Source: a virus
Lineage: Duplodnaviria; Caudoviricetes
DNA length: 62,767 nt
Strand: one strand, 5' to 3'
IMG/VR virus record: IMGVR_UViG_3300025647_000034
Location: 1-62,767 of that record
The stretch's first letter is position 1. Every line of letters starts with the position of its first letter. The translations under genes were made by a program, and so were the position numbers. Positions 20,508 to 29,262 of this stretch are shown piece by piece. A model generated the notes under the pieces. The model was not told the DNA's origin. It did no database searches and saw only the letters and a list, made by a program, of their open reading frames with translations.

Positions 20508-21022
20508 TTTATGTTATAAATATCTCTGCAATTTTCACAAAATGCCATAAAGTTTTGCATGGCACTCAGCTTAACGTCTTTGTTACCACCACACTCAACA
20601 CACCTTAGATCAGACGAACTACTCATAAATGTCACGCACTCTTTTTGAGTTCCCTTAAAAAGTACTTGGTCATTGAAGTCAAAGACTTGGTACTCGTCAT
20701 CGAATGGTTGTAGGCTAACTAGTTTCATTTCTATTTGGTTAAAGTTTTCGTTGTAATATTGTTCTGCTTGATCATTAGTCCATTGTGTGTGTGGAAATTT
20801 ATCAAATACTCTTTGACCCTCAATGTGAGCATCCATAATCACCTCTTTCTCTTTCTGGAGCATTGATTTACACAATCTAATAAAGTGCTCTTTTACTTGA
20901 ACCATTTGATTGGCGTGTTGAACCATATATAGTTCATAACTCAACGGGTTGTCTTGAACGTATTTGTCATCAAGCATCCAAGTTTCTAAATGCTCAATCA
21001 ACTCTTGCATTGGTGTTTTCAT
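20504..21022 (-). CDS. Hypothetical protein with C-terminal CxxC..CxxC motif
   Basis: Start MKTPMQEL; CVECG and CENCR. Confidence 0.6.
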   Translation of the reverse strand: MKTPMQELIEHLETWMLDDKYVQDNPLSYELYMVQHANQMVQVKEHFIRLCKSMLQKEKEVIMDAHIEGQRVFDKFPHTQWTNDQAEQYYNENFNQIEMKLVSLQPFDDEYQVFDFNDQVLFKGTQKECVTFMSSSSDLRCVECGGNKDVKLSAMQNFMAFCENCRDIYNIK

Positions 21023-21091
21023 TTCTCTTTTATTTTTATTTATTCCCGTTCGGGTTAATATGCGCCTGTTTTTAATCATTTGCGCCCGTTT

Positions 21092-21388
21092 TTAGACTTT
21101 CCACAACTCATAGGTTGAGTTTAGTGTGTTGAATTTCACATAGTCATCCTTCTGATCTACTATCTCGGTTACCTTAGTGGTTAGCCATGTGAATTGCATT
21201 CTGTGAGGATCCAGCATACATGACCTGCCAATAGCTGGCTCATCATGTTGTACCTTGAAAGTTCCATCCTCATTCCACTCAATCCAGCCAATCTGTCTTC
21301 CATGATGAGTTAAGCCGTCTTGTTCACGGACTAGCCTGTATGTAGGCTCAATATCCATTGGGATTTTTGTTTGATTTAGTTTACTCAT
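21092..21388 (-). CDS. Hypothetical protein
   Basis: ORF in the operon. Confidence 0.65.
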   Translation of the reverse strand: MSKLNQTKIPMDIEPTYRLVREQDGLTHHGRQIGWIEWNEDGTFKVQHDEPAIGRSCMLDPHRMQFTWLTTKVTEIVDQKDDYVKFNTLNSTYELWKV

Positions 21389-21466
21389 AATATTTATCGG
21401 TCAAAGTTGGGCTATATATCGGTCAATTATAGCCCATACTGACTGAATTTAGCTAAATAGCGTCAG

Positions 21467-21625
21467 TTAAGTGACGGAATTATCATCTCCAAATCGTGAC
21501 CGATCCTTTGCATACTTTAGGGCTGCTTCGTATGTCGGGAATGTGGCCTCAACATTTTGGTTGACGTAGACCCTCCACAAAGGGATGCCGTTGACTTTGG
21601 CTTCTACAATTCTGACGCTTAGCAT
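21467..21625 (-). CDS. Hypothetical protein (52 aa, MLSVRIVEAK...)
   Basis: Open frame read manually. Confidence 0.5.
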   Translation of the reverse strand: MLSVRIVEAKVNGIPLWRVYVNQNVEATFPTYEAALKYAKDRSRFGDDNSVT

Positions 21626-21659
21626 ATGGTTTAACAAATTTAAAATCAGTTACATGCGC

Positions 21660-22049
21660 CTAATACACAACTTGTTCACAATCGATCCCGTGCATGATCA
21701 GCATCCCGATCCCACGCAGGTCACGATAGGTTACCTTGTAGAAAACCTTCCCGATGCCGGCCTGTATGATCAACTTGGCGCAGTCCACGCAAGGCGAGTG
21801 GGTCACATAAAGATGGGCACCATCACTAGACGACACCGACCTTGCGCACTTGGCGATGGCGTTCGACTCAGCGTGGAGCACCTCCTCCCTCGTTCTTCCA
21901 CTATCATCTTCGCATATGTTAGGCCAGCCCGATGGGGTGCCGTTGTACCCGATGGCAATCACATTCCCATCCTTGACAATGACAGCCCCAACTTGGGCCC
22001 TCTTGCAGTATGACTGGCCAGCGACAAGTTCAGCCATCTTCATGAACAT
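21660..22049 (-). CDS. dCMP deaminase
   Basis: VGAVIVKD..GYNG, HAESNAI, SPCVDC. Confidence 0.9.
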   Translation of the reverse strand: MFMKMAELVAGQSYCKRAQVGAVIVKDGNVIAIGYNGTPSGWPNICEDDSGRTREEVLHAESNAIAKCARSVSSSDGAHLYVTHSPCVDCAKLIIQAGIGKVFYKVTYRDLRGIGMLIMHGIDCEQVVY

Positions 22050-22285
22050 GTGTAGATGTGCCTCCCCGCAATCTGCTTCAGTAGTGTTGACCTCTCCGCT
22101 ATGACTGATATGCCCTGTGGTATTTGGTAGAAACTCGTACCCTTCCCGTTTGGCCGTACATAGTAGATTGGGCTCTCGAACTCTAGTTCCTCGAAGTGCT
22201 CGACAGCAGTGAACTCTGCCTCGCCCTTGTCCTCGTGCTCAAACCAATGACGCTTGGGCACAATATCAAATCTTCTTCCTCTCAT
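22040..22285 (-). CDS. Hypothetical protein
   Basis: Overlaps both neighbouring genes. Confidence 0.6.
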   Translation of the reverse strand: MRGRRFDIVPKRHWFEHEDKGEAEFTAVEHFEELEFESPIYYVRPNGKGTSFYQIPQGISVIAERSTLLKQIAGRHIYTCS

Positions 22286-22785
22286 TTTACTTGTGTTATC
22301 TTGTTTACATAATCGCCAGGAGCAGCGTACTTGCCGTCGATGTTCTTCAGGTATCGGTTCTGAATCCGGACATAGTCCTTCAGGCAGTCACGATAGGATC
22401 GGTACACGCAGTGGTCTCGGTTCTTCCCGATGACATACTTGGATCGGCTGGTCTTGATTCCAGCCAAGTTGAAGTTCTCTCTGCAGATGGCCGACTTGAA
22501 GTGGCCACTCTCAATCTTGAACTGAGCCAGTGCCACATTCGGCAGCACACACCCCAACTTCACCAATTCTGACGTGATGGCTGAGTCAGTGAGCGGCATG
22601 GGATCAATCTTTATCGTATCCCTGTGGATCATGTGAACGACCCTAGTGCTAACCGATGTCTTCGATGTCGCTATCGCTAACGCTAAAAGCAAATTCATTG
22701 TTAAAGATACCCACAACAATCTTCTGCAAGTATTCGCGGGCTTCATCGTCAAGGACTCGTCGTCCCAAAGCATTAATTTTTTCAT
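22282..22785 (-). CDS. Membrane-anchored glucosaminidase (GH73/FlgJ-like)
   Basis: N-terminal hydrophobic helix; ALAQFKIESG...NLAGIK...YA..GDY. Confidence 0.75.
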   Translation of the reverse strand: MKKLMLWDDESLTMKPANTCRRLLWVSLTMNLLLALAIATSKTSVSTRVVHMIHRDTIKIDPMPLTDSAITSELVKLGCVLPNVALAQFKIESGHFKSAICRENFNLAGIKTSRSKYVIGKNRDHCVYRSYRDCLKDYVRIQNRYLKNIDGKYAAPGDYVNKITQVK

Positions 22786-23158
22786 GATGGTTTCTAATTT
22801 CTTGTAATAATGATGTGCGTCTTGTCTTGTACTTCTCGATAGTCGACGCATTCTTCGAGTTTTGTATGTTCCGGTTGGCCACCTTCACCCACTGCATGAG
22901 CGTGTGAATGGAGATGAGCCGTGCCCCAATCTCGAACCCATACACTCGCATCCATGACTCTTGGATGTAGGTCAGTGGACCATAGAAGTCTCCGCCTATG
23001 CGGGTGTTCTTCAGTGTCAACTCTCCGGTCTCTCTGTCCCGTGAGACCTTGATCCCGTAGTTGATGAAGTAGTCGCTGCCGTTGTGATGGAATATCTGCT
23101 CGTACTCCGATGCATTTATCCACAACTTGCTGTCGTTCATGAATCCAGTGGCAATCAT
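22649..23158 (-). CDS. Hypothetical protein
   Basis: ATGA-coupled start; 3' end overlaps the glucosaminidase gene. Confidence 0.6.
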   Translation of the reverse strand: MIATGFMNDSKLWINASEYEQIFHHNGSDYFINYGIKVSRDRETGELTLKNTRIGGDFYGPLTYIQESWMRVYGFEIGARLISIHTLMQWVKVANRNIQNSKNASTIEKYKTRRTSLLQEIRNHHEKINALGRRVLDDEAREYLQKIVVGIFNNEFAFSVSDSDIEDIG

Positions 23159-23319
23159 ACCAACTCCTCCCCGATTCCAATTAACTCAGCGATAAAGAAC
23201 GCAGCGGCCATAGCCTCTAGTCCCATTCCGTTAATGAACACAGCCACACAGCCCAACAGGCGGATGAGGCTCTTGCACACGCTCAAGATGAGGTGCATCA
23301 GTGCATCAGGGTGCATCAT
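23155..23319 (-). CDS. Small membrane protein (54 aa)
   Basis: MMHPDALMHLILSVCKSLIRLLGCVAVFING...; ATGA coupling at both ends. Confidence 0.6.
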   Translation of the reverse strand: MMHPDALMHLILSVCKSLIRLLGCVAVFINGMGLEAMAAAFFIAELIGIGEELV

Positions 23320-23981
23320 ATAGCCACCTCCTGTTTGTTGTATGCGTCGTAGACGACACGCTGTCGTAACTCTAGGGCCTCGTTCACTGCGTCTGTCATG
23401 GTTGGATATTCTTGCATGATAGAAAGTTCAACAGAGGATCCTAGAACGCGTCCACGGAGGAATATGGTCTCGTCCTCCAACATGTCTAGATTGGTGACGA
23501 TGATGCTATCCTTCTCGAATAGTGAGTCGAGAGAGAACTTTGATACCGGCACCACGACGGGTGTCGATGCTTGGATGAAGTATCCGTTGCTAGGGTTAAA
23601 CTCTTGGGTCTCCATGTTGTACATGGCCTCGCCCTTGCTGATGATGGTTCGGTGAAATGTTAATACATTGCTCATTTTGTTGATGGTTAGGTCTGTTTCT
23701 TTTGAGAAGATCTTGTTGTACACGACATTCTCGTACTTGTAGTTCTTGGGTAGTGCTTTCCAGTTCTCGACAGCCTCGACTGCGTGAATCACGGTTGAGT
23801 GATCACGGCCAAAGAACTTGCCGATCGACTTCAGGGTGTGGCCCTGCTGTCGTAGGTAATACATGAGTGACTGACGAACAATCACATGGTCTCTTAGTCT
23901 GCGTCCGCTGTTGATAAAGAACTCGATGTTCATACCCATGTGGTTGCGGACAGCCTCTCTTACTTTTTGTTCAATTTCCAT
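23316..23981 (-). CDS. DnaA C-terminal-type HTH protein fused to a degenerate paralog of 24624-24986
   Basis: LKSIGKFFGRDHSTVIHAV signature; C-half from MSNVL (23675) aligns with the 24624 ORF. Confidence 0.75.
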   Translation of the reverse strand: MEIEQKVREAVRNHMGMNIEFFINSGRRLRDHVIVRQSLMYYLRQQGHTLKSIGKFFGRDHSTVIHAVEAVENWKALPKNYKYENVVYNKIFSKETDLTINKMSNVLTFHRTIISKGEAMYNMETQEFNPSNGYFIQASTPVVVPVSKFSLDSLFEKDSIIVTNLDMLEDETIFLRGRVLGSSVELSIMQEYPTMTDAVNEALELRQRVVYDAYNKQEVAI

Positions 23982-24157
23982 TTTTCTAAATTTTGTGTGT
24001 ACTCGTTGAATCCGTCAACATACGGGTCCCGTGGGGGACATGGTCTTGGTGGCACCTCGTGGACTACATTGCGTCTGTTGATGCGTCGTTGGATGTGCCA
24101 TTTGATAAATGCTTTAATCGTTCTCATAAAATTCATACATGAAGTGTTCGACAACAT
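23960..24157 (-). CDS. Hypothetical protein (start uncertain)
   Basis: Fills the gap in the operon. Confidence 0.45.
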   Translation of the reverse strand: MLSNTSCMNFMRTIKAFIKWHIQRRINRRNVVHEVPPRPCPPRDPYVDGFNEYTQNLEKWKLNKK

Positions 24158-24377
24158 CAGCGAAGTTGACGCCTCGGATGCTGTGCCACAGGTCAGGGTC
24201 CCAGTCCATCACTTGCGTAAGGCGTCCCCTCATCTCAAAGGCAGCGTCCGACCTGTCGAGGTCGCTGAAAAATACTCTGTCGCATACAAGTTTTACTGAT
24301 GCCATCAGCTGGGTGTGCGACTCAATGTGTTTGATTAGTCTTTCGGTCATGGTTGAGCGAATTAAGTAGTCTCTCAT
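24114..24377 (-). CDS. Hypothetical protein (start uncertain)
   Basis: ORF in the operon. Confidence 0.55.
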   Translation of the reverse strand: MRDYLIRSTMTERLIKHIESHTQLMASVKLVCDRVFFSDLDRSDAAFEMRGRLTQVMDWDPDLWHSIRGVNFADVVEHFMYEFYEND

Positions 24378-24390
24378 GCGTGCATGAGAG

Positions 24391-24580
24391 AATGCTGAAA
24401 TGCTGTTTCAATCTCCCTTTTTTACTTTTTATTTCTTTTATTCTTTCTATGTTTTAATTTTTCTAGAAATGGGAAATAAAACAGCATTTCTACATTTTAG
24501 TAAGTAAGTTATTGAAAGTTAGTTAATTACACGATGCTGTTTTGAATGCTGTACGATGCTGTTTTAGACGAAACAGCACT
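24391..24580. repeat. Origin-like element A: AAACAGCA repeats around an AT-rich, strand-biased tract
   Basis: Several AAACAGCA/TGCTGTTT copies; degenerate inverted copy at 30445-30643. Confidence 0.65.
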
Positions 24581-24623
24581 GACCAACACAAGATTACTTT
24601 AGTAGCCTGACAATAGCGTGACA

Positions 24624-24986
24624 TTAGAGGTCTATCGATCGATTTTGTGCCAAATCCCAAACAGCATTTTGGTTGTTGCTCAGACCATAGGCAAGGGCCT
24701 CTTCTAGGGTCTCAAAATGTAGACTGATGTCAAGGTACCACGACTCGGTCTCTTGGTCAAACCAACACCCAAGGTAGGTCTCTCCGTCAGATAATATGTC
24801 TGCATTGAATAGGGTGTATAGTTTGACTTGGTTGACTAGGTCTTGGCCATTGCGGACCTCCATCTCGTGTCCCTCCATGGATGCCATGTAGCCGTGGCTC
24901 GGTGCCTCCTCTCCGGTGGTGATGTTGTAACTGAAGCCGGTATTGTTGGCCTCAGCGTTGCGGGATAGTGCTAGTAGATTGCTCAT
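24624..24986 (-). CDS. Early protein, possibly SAM-lyase-like fold; same domain occurs in the giant protein
   Basis: GFSYN...GY...YLGCW....YLDIS...A...G..NQNAVWDL; start MSNLLA. Confidence 0.6.
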   Translation of the reverse strand: MSNLLALSRNAEANNTGFSYNITTGEEAPSHGYMASMEGHEMEVRNGQDLVNQVKLYTLFNADILSDGETYLGCWFDQETESWYLDISLHFETLEEALAYGLSNNQNAVWDLAQNRSIDL

Positions 24987-25237
24987 TTTACAATTAGGTT
25001 GTTTACTTTGGTTAATGTTTGCAAGTTGATGAGTCGGTAGTTCTTTTTGCTCATGTCCCACACGCACAGGTACCCGAGTTCTTGTGGGTCGTATGCCCGT
25101 GGCTTTGCGTTTTCTTTCAGGCCTTTTACTACGCCTGAGCGTCCATGGAGACGGCGGGTTGTGCCGTCTTTCTTAGTGAATTCGCAAGAGAAGAAGCGTC
25201 CACTCTTGATAATTTGGATTGATTGTTTCTTGTTCAT
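24983..25237 (-). CDS. SH3/WYL_2-like beta-barrel protein
   Basis: FTKKDGTTR...VWDM...YRLIN pattern. Confidence 0.65.
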   Translation of the reverse strand: MNKKQSIQIIKSGRFFSCEFTKKDGTTRRLHGRSGVVKGLKENAKPRAYDPQELGYLCVWDMSKKNYRLINLQTLTKVNNLIVK

Positions 25238-25239
25238 AG

Positions 25240-25443
25240 TTAAAATTCTTCGTCGGTTGATAATAGGCTGATGCTAGTCAGCGTGGTGTTGGTCTCCTCG
25301 TCGTAAAGGTCCTCGAATACATGGCCGATGCTGTGCACATCAGAGTTCAGGTCGTAGCGGAAGTTTACACTTAGGTCGTCAAGGCTCACGCCATGCTCGA
25401 TGGCGAGTTCTTGGATTTGGCGAATCAGTTTAGATGCGTTCAT
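25240..25443 (-). CDS. Early hypothetical protein, acidic (MNASKLI...)
   Basis: ORF in the operon. Confidence 0.6.
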   Translation of the reverse strand: MNASKLIRQIQELAIEHGVSLDDLSVNFRYDLNSDVHSIGHVFEDLYDEETNTTLTSISLLSTDEEF

Positions 25444-25702
25444 AGATGTTGTTGTAGTAGTTGATTGAGTTCTGGATGGTGCCAGTGGTTCCCTCTTGGA
25501 GCTCGTCTCGGCTTGGAACCTTGTTGCCGTAGGCGTCATAGAATGCTTTCTTTGGTAGGAAACATGCACCTGACTTGAGCATACTCATGGCAAGTCGGCC
25601 CGTTGAGCCTTCCATTTGCCACGCTGTGCCGTTGTCGATGAGTCGTTGGATCGGGGCGTACCCCATGTCTTGTTGGATTGTTCGAATGTCTTTGATTTTC
25701 AT
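25430..25702 (-). CDS. Early hypothetical protein
   Basis: ORF in the operon. Confidence 0.7.
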   Translation of the reverse strand: MKIKDIRTIQQDMGYAPIQRLIDNGTAWQMEGSTGRLAMSMLKSGACFLPKKAFYDAYGNKVPSRDELQEGTTGTIQNSINYYNNIYERI

Positions 25703-25863
25703 GGTAGTTTAATTATTTCGTAGTACTCATAACCCTCTTCAGGGTCGCTGTTTAAATGTTCGCACAGCAAATCTGCATCTCCTTTGGTCATCTCGGTTGA
25801 GATGAACTCGGGCCATCCGGTCATATCGAAACCGATGATGGCCCACTTGTTCAGTTCTCTCAT
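25699..25863 (-). CDS. Early hypothetical protein (54 aa, MRELNKW...)
   Basis: ATGA coupling at both ends. Confidence 0.6.
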   Translation of the reverse strand: MRELNKWAIIGFDMTGWPEFISTEMTKGDADLLCEHLNSDPEEGYEYYEIIKLP

Positions 25864-26183
25864 ATCTCGTTCCATTTAGGGTCTTCTAGGTCGACCATGA
25901 CTTGCATGGAATCTTCTAGGTCCTCGGTCCAAATGGTCACCCATACTAGGTCGCCAATTATTGTGGCGTTGTACCCGTTTTCTTCTAGGTATGCATGGAC
26001 GGCCTCTGCCTTGCTCATGGCGACGAACTCTCTGTATTCCTCGCCATCGTTGAACTCTTGGATAGACTTGTAGTCGGTGCCAAAGTGCTCGTTGTGCTCT
26101 TGAATCATTAACTCCACATCTTGGAAGGTAAGGTTCACGACGAGAGCATCTGCGTCGTCTGTTTCGTTGTAATAAAATTTCAT
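25860..26183 (-). CDS. Early hypothetical protein, highly acidic
   Basis: About 26 D/E vs 5 K/R in 107 aa. Confidence 0.7.
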   Translation of the reverse strand: MKFYYNETDDADALVVNLTFQDVELMIQEHNEHFGTDYKSIQEFNDGEEYREFVAMSKAEAVHAYLEENGYNATIIGDLVWVTIWTEDLEDSMQVMVDLEDPKWNEI

Positions 26184-26185
26184 GG

Positions 26186-26551
26186 TTATATTTCGTTTTC
26201 TAGTTCATGGTTTGCTGTGTATAAGTGCCCGTCTACCCATACTGAGATGACATTCCCTTGGTTGTCTCGAACAACACGGGTCTGCTCAGTTGTTACATGG
26301 TGGTTGTACTCGTGTTGGTGGACCTCTCTCTCACTATCATCGAAGCACTCTGCAACAAGGTCGTCGATGTGAAACTTGTACTGGGCCAAGTTGTCGGCCA
26401 AGGCCTTGTCGCCATGGTCGAGAGCGGCCTCTATGTCTTGCTCTAGCCACTCGCTTAGGTCCTCCAAGGTGTTGACGATTTGGCTGTCTGTACTTCTCGT
26501 GAATGAGAATAGGTTGAGCGCAAGGCTCACGATGAAGATTGTCTTTTTCAT
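26186..26551 (-). CDS. Early protein with signal peptide
   Basis: N-terminus MKKTIFIVSLALNLFSF. Confidence 0.7.
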   Translation of the reverse strand: MKKTIFIVSLALNLFSFTRSTDSQIVNTLEDLSEWLEQDIEAALDHGDKALADNLAQYKFHIDDLVAECFDDSEREVHQHEYNHHVTTEQTRVVRDNQGNVISVWVDGHLYTANHELENEI

Positions 26552-26572
26552 AATAGTTTGATTTAGGGTTGG

Positions 26573-26821
26573 TTATAGGTACTTGGTCCTGATTTCTTTT
26601 TTGATTACATTCATTCGGTCCTTGGCGATTTGCTCTTCGGTCCAAGAGTCGTCGTCGTCGTTCCGATAGGCGGTTACTAGGGCGTCTAGCCATTCGCCAA
26701 TGGCGTACGCCTCGACCAACTCAAACCTAGCGTCTAGGTACATGGTCACTAGTTCTTCGAATGTGACTCGCTTCGAGAGGTCCTCGACCTCCATGGCGAT
26801 TACTTCAGGCTTGAGTTTCAT
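26573..26821 (-). CDS. Early hypothetical protein
   Basis: ORF in the operon. Confidence 0.65.
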   Translation of the reverse strand: MKLKPEVIAMEVEDLSKRVTFEELVTMYLDARFELVEAYAIGEWLDALVTAYRNDDDDSWTEEQIAKDRMNVIKKEIRTKYL

Positions 26822-27168
26822 TCTCCGTCCTCCTCTCGATTTTGTACGCTGTCCAAAGAGTCAAAGTACTCGGTGATTAAGTCCCATGCGGCATCTGCCT
26901 TGCTTAGGTCGTTGTTCAGTTGCAAGACATCTAGCGTCGCCAGAATCATTGCGGATTCGATTTTTGTTAGCATAGTTTGATTTTTTGTTGATGGCTCGAT
27001 GCCATAGGTGTTGTTGTTGTCGAATGAATGGCCTTCGTCAATCAAAGATTCGCTCAAGTCGTCATAGATTTGATAGACCTCATGATTTGACTGGTGGAGT
27101 GATTTCGCTTCAGATGCGTCAACTATGTGCCATGTGAAGTTGTCTGGGGTTGTGATTGTTTTTTTCAT
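26818..27168 (-). CDS. Early hypothetical protein
   Basis: Directly downstream of mini-tRNA 1. Confidence 0.65.
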   Translation of the reverse strand: MKKTITTPDNFTWHIVDASEAKSLHQSNHEVYQIYDDLSESLIDEGHSFDNNNTYGIEPSTKNQTMLTKIESAMILATLDVLQLNNDLSKADAAWDLITEYFDSLDSVQNREEDGE

Positions 27169-27186
27169 AATAGTTTGATTTATGTT

Positions 27187-27235
27187 TGGCTCCCCACCTA
27201 GGTCATGAGCCTTCGCCTTCTATAGGTGGTGGGGA
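27187..27235 (-). ncRNA. Mini-tRNA-like element 1 (49 nt)
   Basis: TCCCCAC-CA.CCT.ATAGA.AGG.C-GAAGG.CTCATGA.CCTAG-GTGGGGA-GCCA. Confidence 0.75.
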
Positions 27236-27241
27236 TGGGTG

Positions 27242-27508
27242 CTACCCGTGGAAATCTAGGTCGGGGTAGACATGGATGGTGTCGGGGTCACCGAACTTGG
27301 TCTGGAACTTGTAGAACAAGTCGCCAAGGTCGTTGCCTTGCTTCTCATGCCACTTGCAGAATTCGTCGAAGCGGTAGCGTGGCACGACCAAGTAGCCCAT
27401 GTCGTAGTTGTCGTATTGCAACTCGGGGTCGGGGCTGATGTACTGCGTGTGAAGGTTGCTGTCTCTGTAGAACAAGCGGTGGTCCCTTCTGAAACTTACG
27501 CCTTCCAT
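27242..27508 (-). CDS. Early hypothetical protein (MEGVSFRRD...)
   Basis: TAATG-coupled start. Confidence 0.65.
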   Translation of the reverse strand: MEGVSFRRDHRLFYRDSNLHTQYISPDPELQYDNYDMGYLVVPRYRFDEFCKWHEKQGNDLGDLFYKFQTKFGDPDTIHVYPDLDFHG

Positions 27509-27600
27509 TATCCGAAGATGATTAAGGCGAACAGACATGCCGCAAGAGCGGGTAACAAGGCTAAAAAGCCAACTAGGGTTTCTTTTAAATCTTGATTCAT
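27508..27600 (-). CDS. Early 30-aa membrane peptide
   Basis: MNQDLKETLVGFLALLPALAACLFALIIFG; coupled to the next gene. Confidence 0.55.
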   Translation of the reverse strand: MNQDLKETLVGFLALLPALAACLFALIIFG

Positions 27601-27602
27601 GG

Positions 27603-27995
27603 TTAGAAAATTTGAATGGGTTCGAAAGATGTTGATACGAATGTGTTGTCTACTAGGTCTGCGACTTGGAATTGGCGTTCATCAAGTTTGTTGCACAAGG
27701 CCTTGGCTTGATGATGGTGAAGGCCTTTCTTCACAAGGCCAATCTTTTCGCCTCTGAAGAACTGCGCTACACCCCATCTTGGGGGTAGTTCAGTCACTAC
27801 CCAATCGCTGTCGTAGTTCAGTTCCTCGACAGCAAAATCTGTCACCTCTCGAATATCGAATCGGTACACATTGCTGCTTACCTTGTCGATGCGAATCAGT
27901 GGCTTGAAGCCTTGAAGAGCGACGATTAAGTTCATGTGCTCGTCGATGAATTCTTGTGGGTCGTAGCCCTCGTAATAAGTTACTAGTTTGTTCAT
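27603..27995 (-). CDS. Early hypothetical protein
   Basis: ORF in the operon. Confidence 0.65.
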   Translation of the reverse strand: MNKLVTYYEGYDPQEFIDEHMNLIVALQGFKPLIRIDKVSSNVYRFDIREVTDFAVEELNYDSDWVVTELPPRWGVAQFFRGEKIGLVKKGLHHHQAKALCNKLDERQFQVADLVDNTFVSTSFEPIQIF

Positions 27996-28000
27996 GGTTA

Positions 28001-28255
28001 TTAATAGTTAGTCCAATCGTCTGATTCGTCGTTGTTAAGGTCGGTAGCAATTAAGATGTTCTCGATGTGAGACCAAGCGTAGTCGGCCACATCAGTGGGT
28101 CGATAAAGGTCGAAGCCATTGTCGATGGCCCATGCCTTAAACTGACGGGCGTCCTCCTCAGCGAATGCCAAGCGGCGCTTCAGTTCGTTGATTTGCTTGA
28201 TGGCGTCACTCAAGGTGGCGGCCAATTCTTGTTCGGTCATTTTGTGATTTTTCAT
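28001..28255 (-). CDS. Early hypothetical protein
   Basis: Directly downstream of mini-tRNA 2. Confidence 0.65.
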   Translation of the reverse strand: MKNHKMTEQELAATLSDAIKQINELKRRLAFAEEDARQFKAWAIDNGFDLYRPTDVADYAWSHIENILIATDLNNDESDDWTNY

Positions 28256-28272
28256 CTTAGTTTGATTAGGTT

Positions 28273-28321
28273 TGGCTCCCTGAGTGAGTCATGAACTCTC
28301 GCCGTCTTATGGGCTCAGGGA
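28273..28321 (-). ncRNA. Mini-tRNA-like element 2 (49 nt)
   Basis: TCCCTGA-GCCCATAAGACGGC-GAGAG.TTCATGA.CTCAC-TCAGGGA-GCCA. Confidence 0.75.
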
Positions 28322-28330
28322 AGGTTGTGG

Positions 28331-28687
28331 TTAGTACCACTCGGTGTAGTAACACATGTCGTCGGCGTAGGCCGCCTCGATGATGTCGGCGTTTGACATG
28401 GTGGCGGGGTAGCCGCATGACTCTCTAAGGTACTTGGCCGCAAGGTCGGCGTCGTCGGTGTAACGGGCGCCATCTGCGATGCAAAAGCCCTCATTGAAAA
28501 CCTTGCCCGTCCAAGAGCAGACACGATGGTCGTCTGCGTCTTCTGAGTGGGTGAACAAAAGTGTCGTAGACCTGATGAACTCGACAGCCTTGTCTCTAGT
28601 CTCAAATGTGTCAAGCAGTTCGCCTGAAAGGGCATAGTATGCCGACCATGTCAGGTTGAAATTTGGGGTTAAGATTACTTCTCTCAT
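28331..28687 (-). CDS. Early hypothetical protein
   Basis: ORF in the operon. Confidence 0.65.
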   Translation of the reverse strand: MREVILTPNFNLTWSAYYALSGELLDTFETRDKAVEFIRSTTLLFTHSEDADDHRVCSWTGKVFNEGFCIADGARYTDDADLAAKYLRESCGYPATMSNADIIEAAYADDMCYYTEWY

Positions 28688-28693
28688 GGTGGT

Positions 28694-28948
28694 TTAGTAT
28701 GTGATAATGTGGTCGGTTGAGATTCCAATTGACTTGCAAGTATCGAAGCCTTGCTCAGTTAGGCAGAACATGTAGCCCATGTCCATTCCCTCGTAGGCGT
28801 CGTAGACTAGGCCCTTCTTGATGAGCGACCCTAGGACGCCCTTCTCTTGGTTGCCGCAGACCTCTTGAAAGCCTGAGTAGTTGTCTTCGGTTTGTTCCCA
28901 CGCTACCTTTTCCAAGGTGGCAGTTTCTAGTTGTGTTAGATTTGTCAT
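28694..28948 (-). CDS. Early protein, possible winged-helix
   Basis: GVLGSLIKKGLV...LTEQG pattern. Confidence 0.65.
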   Translation of the reverse strand: MTNLTQLETATLEKVAWEQTEDNYSGFQEVCGNQEKGVLGSLIKKGLVYDAYEGMDMGYMFCLTEQGFDTCKSIGISTDHIITY

Positions 28949-28965
28949 AATAGTTTAGATTGGGT

Positions 28966-29014
28966 TGGCTCCCCGCCTAGGTCTCGAACCTACGCTGTCT
29001 CTCAGTGACGGGGA
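28966..29014 (-). ncRNA. Mini-tRNA-like element 3 (49 nt)
   Basis: TCCCCGT-CA.CTG.AGAGA.CAG.C-GTAGG.TTCGAGA.CCTAG-GCGGGGA-GCCA. Confidence 0.8.
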
Positions 29015-29021
29015 TGGGTGG

Positions 29022-29249
29022 TTAGTCTCGGTTGATGCTGTAAAGCATGTGCCAAAAGTCATCCAAGAATCCATCAACATCGTTGAATCGTTGTGCGATT
29101 GCTTGGTCGCTGTCGTCAGACCAATCGTCGTAGGTCTCTCTCATCCTGTCTGAGATTTTGTACTTGGCGTGGAGCCTACGCATCTTGTCGCAGACAGCAG
29201 CGATGTCATTCTCCATGGATAGGAGTTGTTTGTCGGTGAACTTTTTCAT
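29022..29249 (-). CDS. Early hypothetical protein (MKKFTDKQLL...)
   Basis: Lies between the hammerhead and mini-tRNA 3. Confidence 0.65.
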   Translation of the reverse strand: MKKFTDKQLLSMENDIAAVCDKMRRLHAKYKISDRMRETYDDWSDDSDQAIAQRFNDVDGFLDDFWHMLYSINRD

Positions 29250-29262
29250 GGTGGTATTGTTT

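Noticed and set aside
21390-21470. Short direct repeat TATCGGTCAA and two hairpins
   Set aside because: Too short and isolated to support a function
24391-24580. CRISPR array
   Set aside because: Repeats are short, in mixed orientation and irregularly spaced; no cas genes
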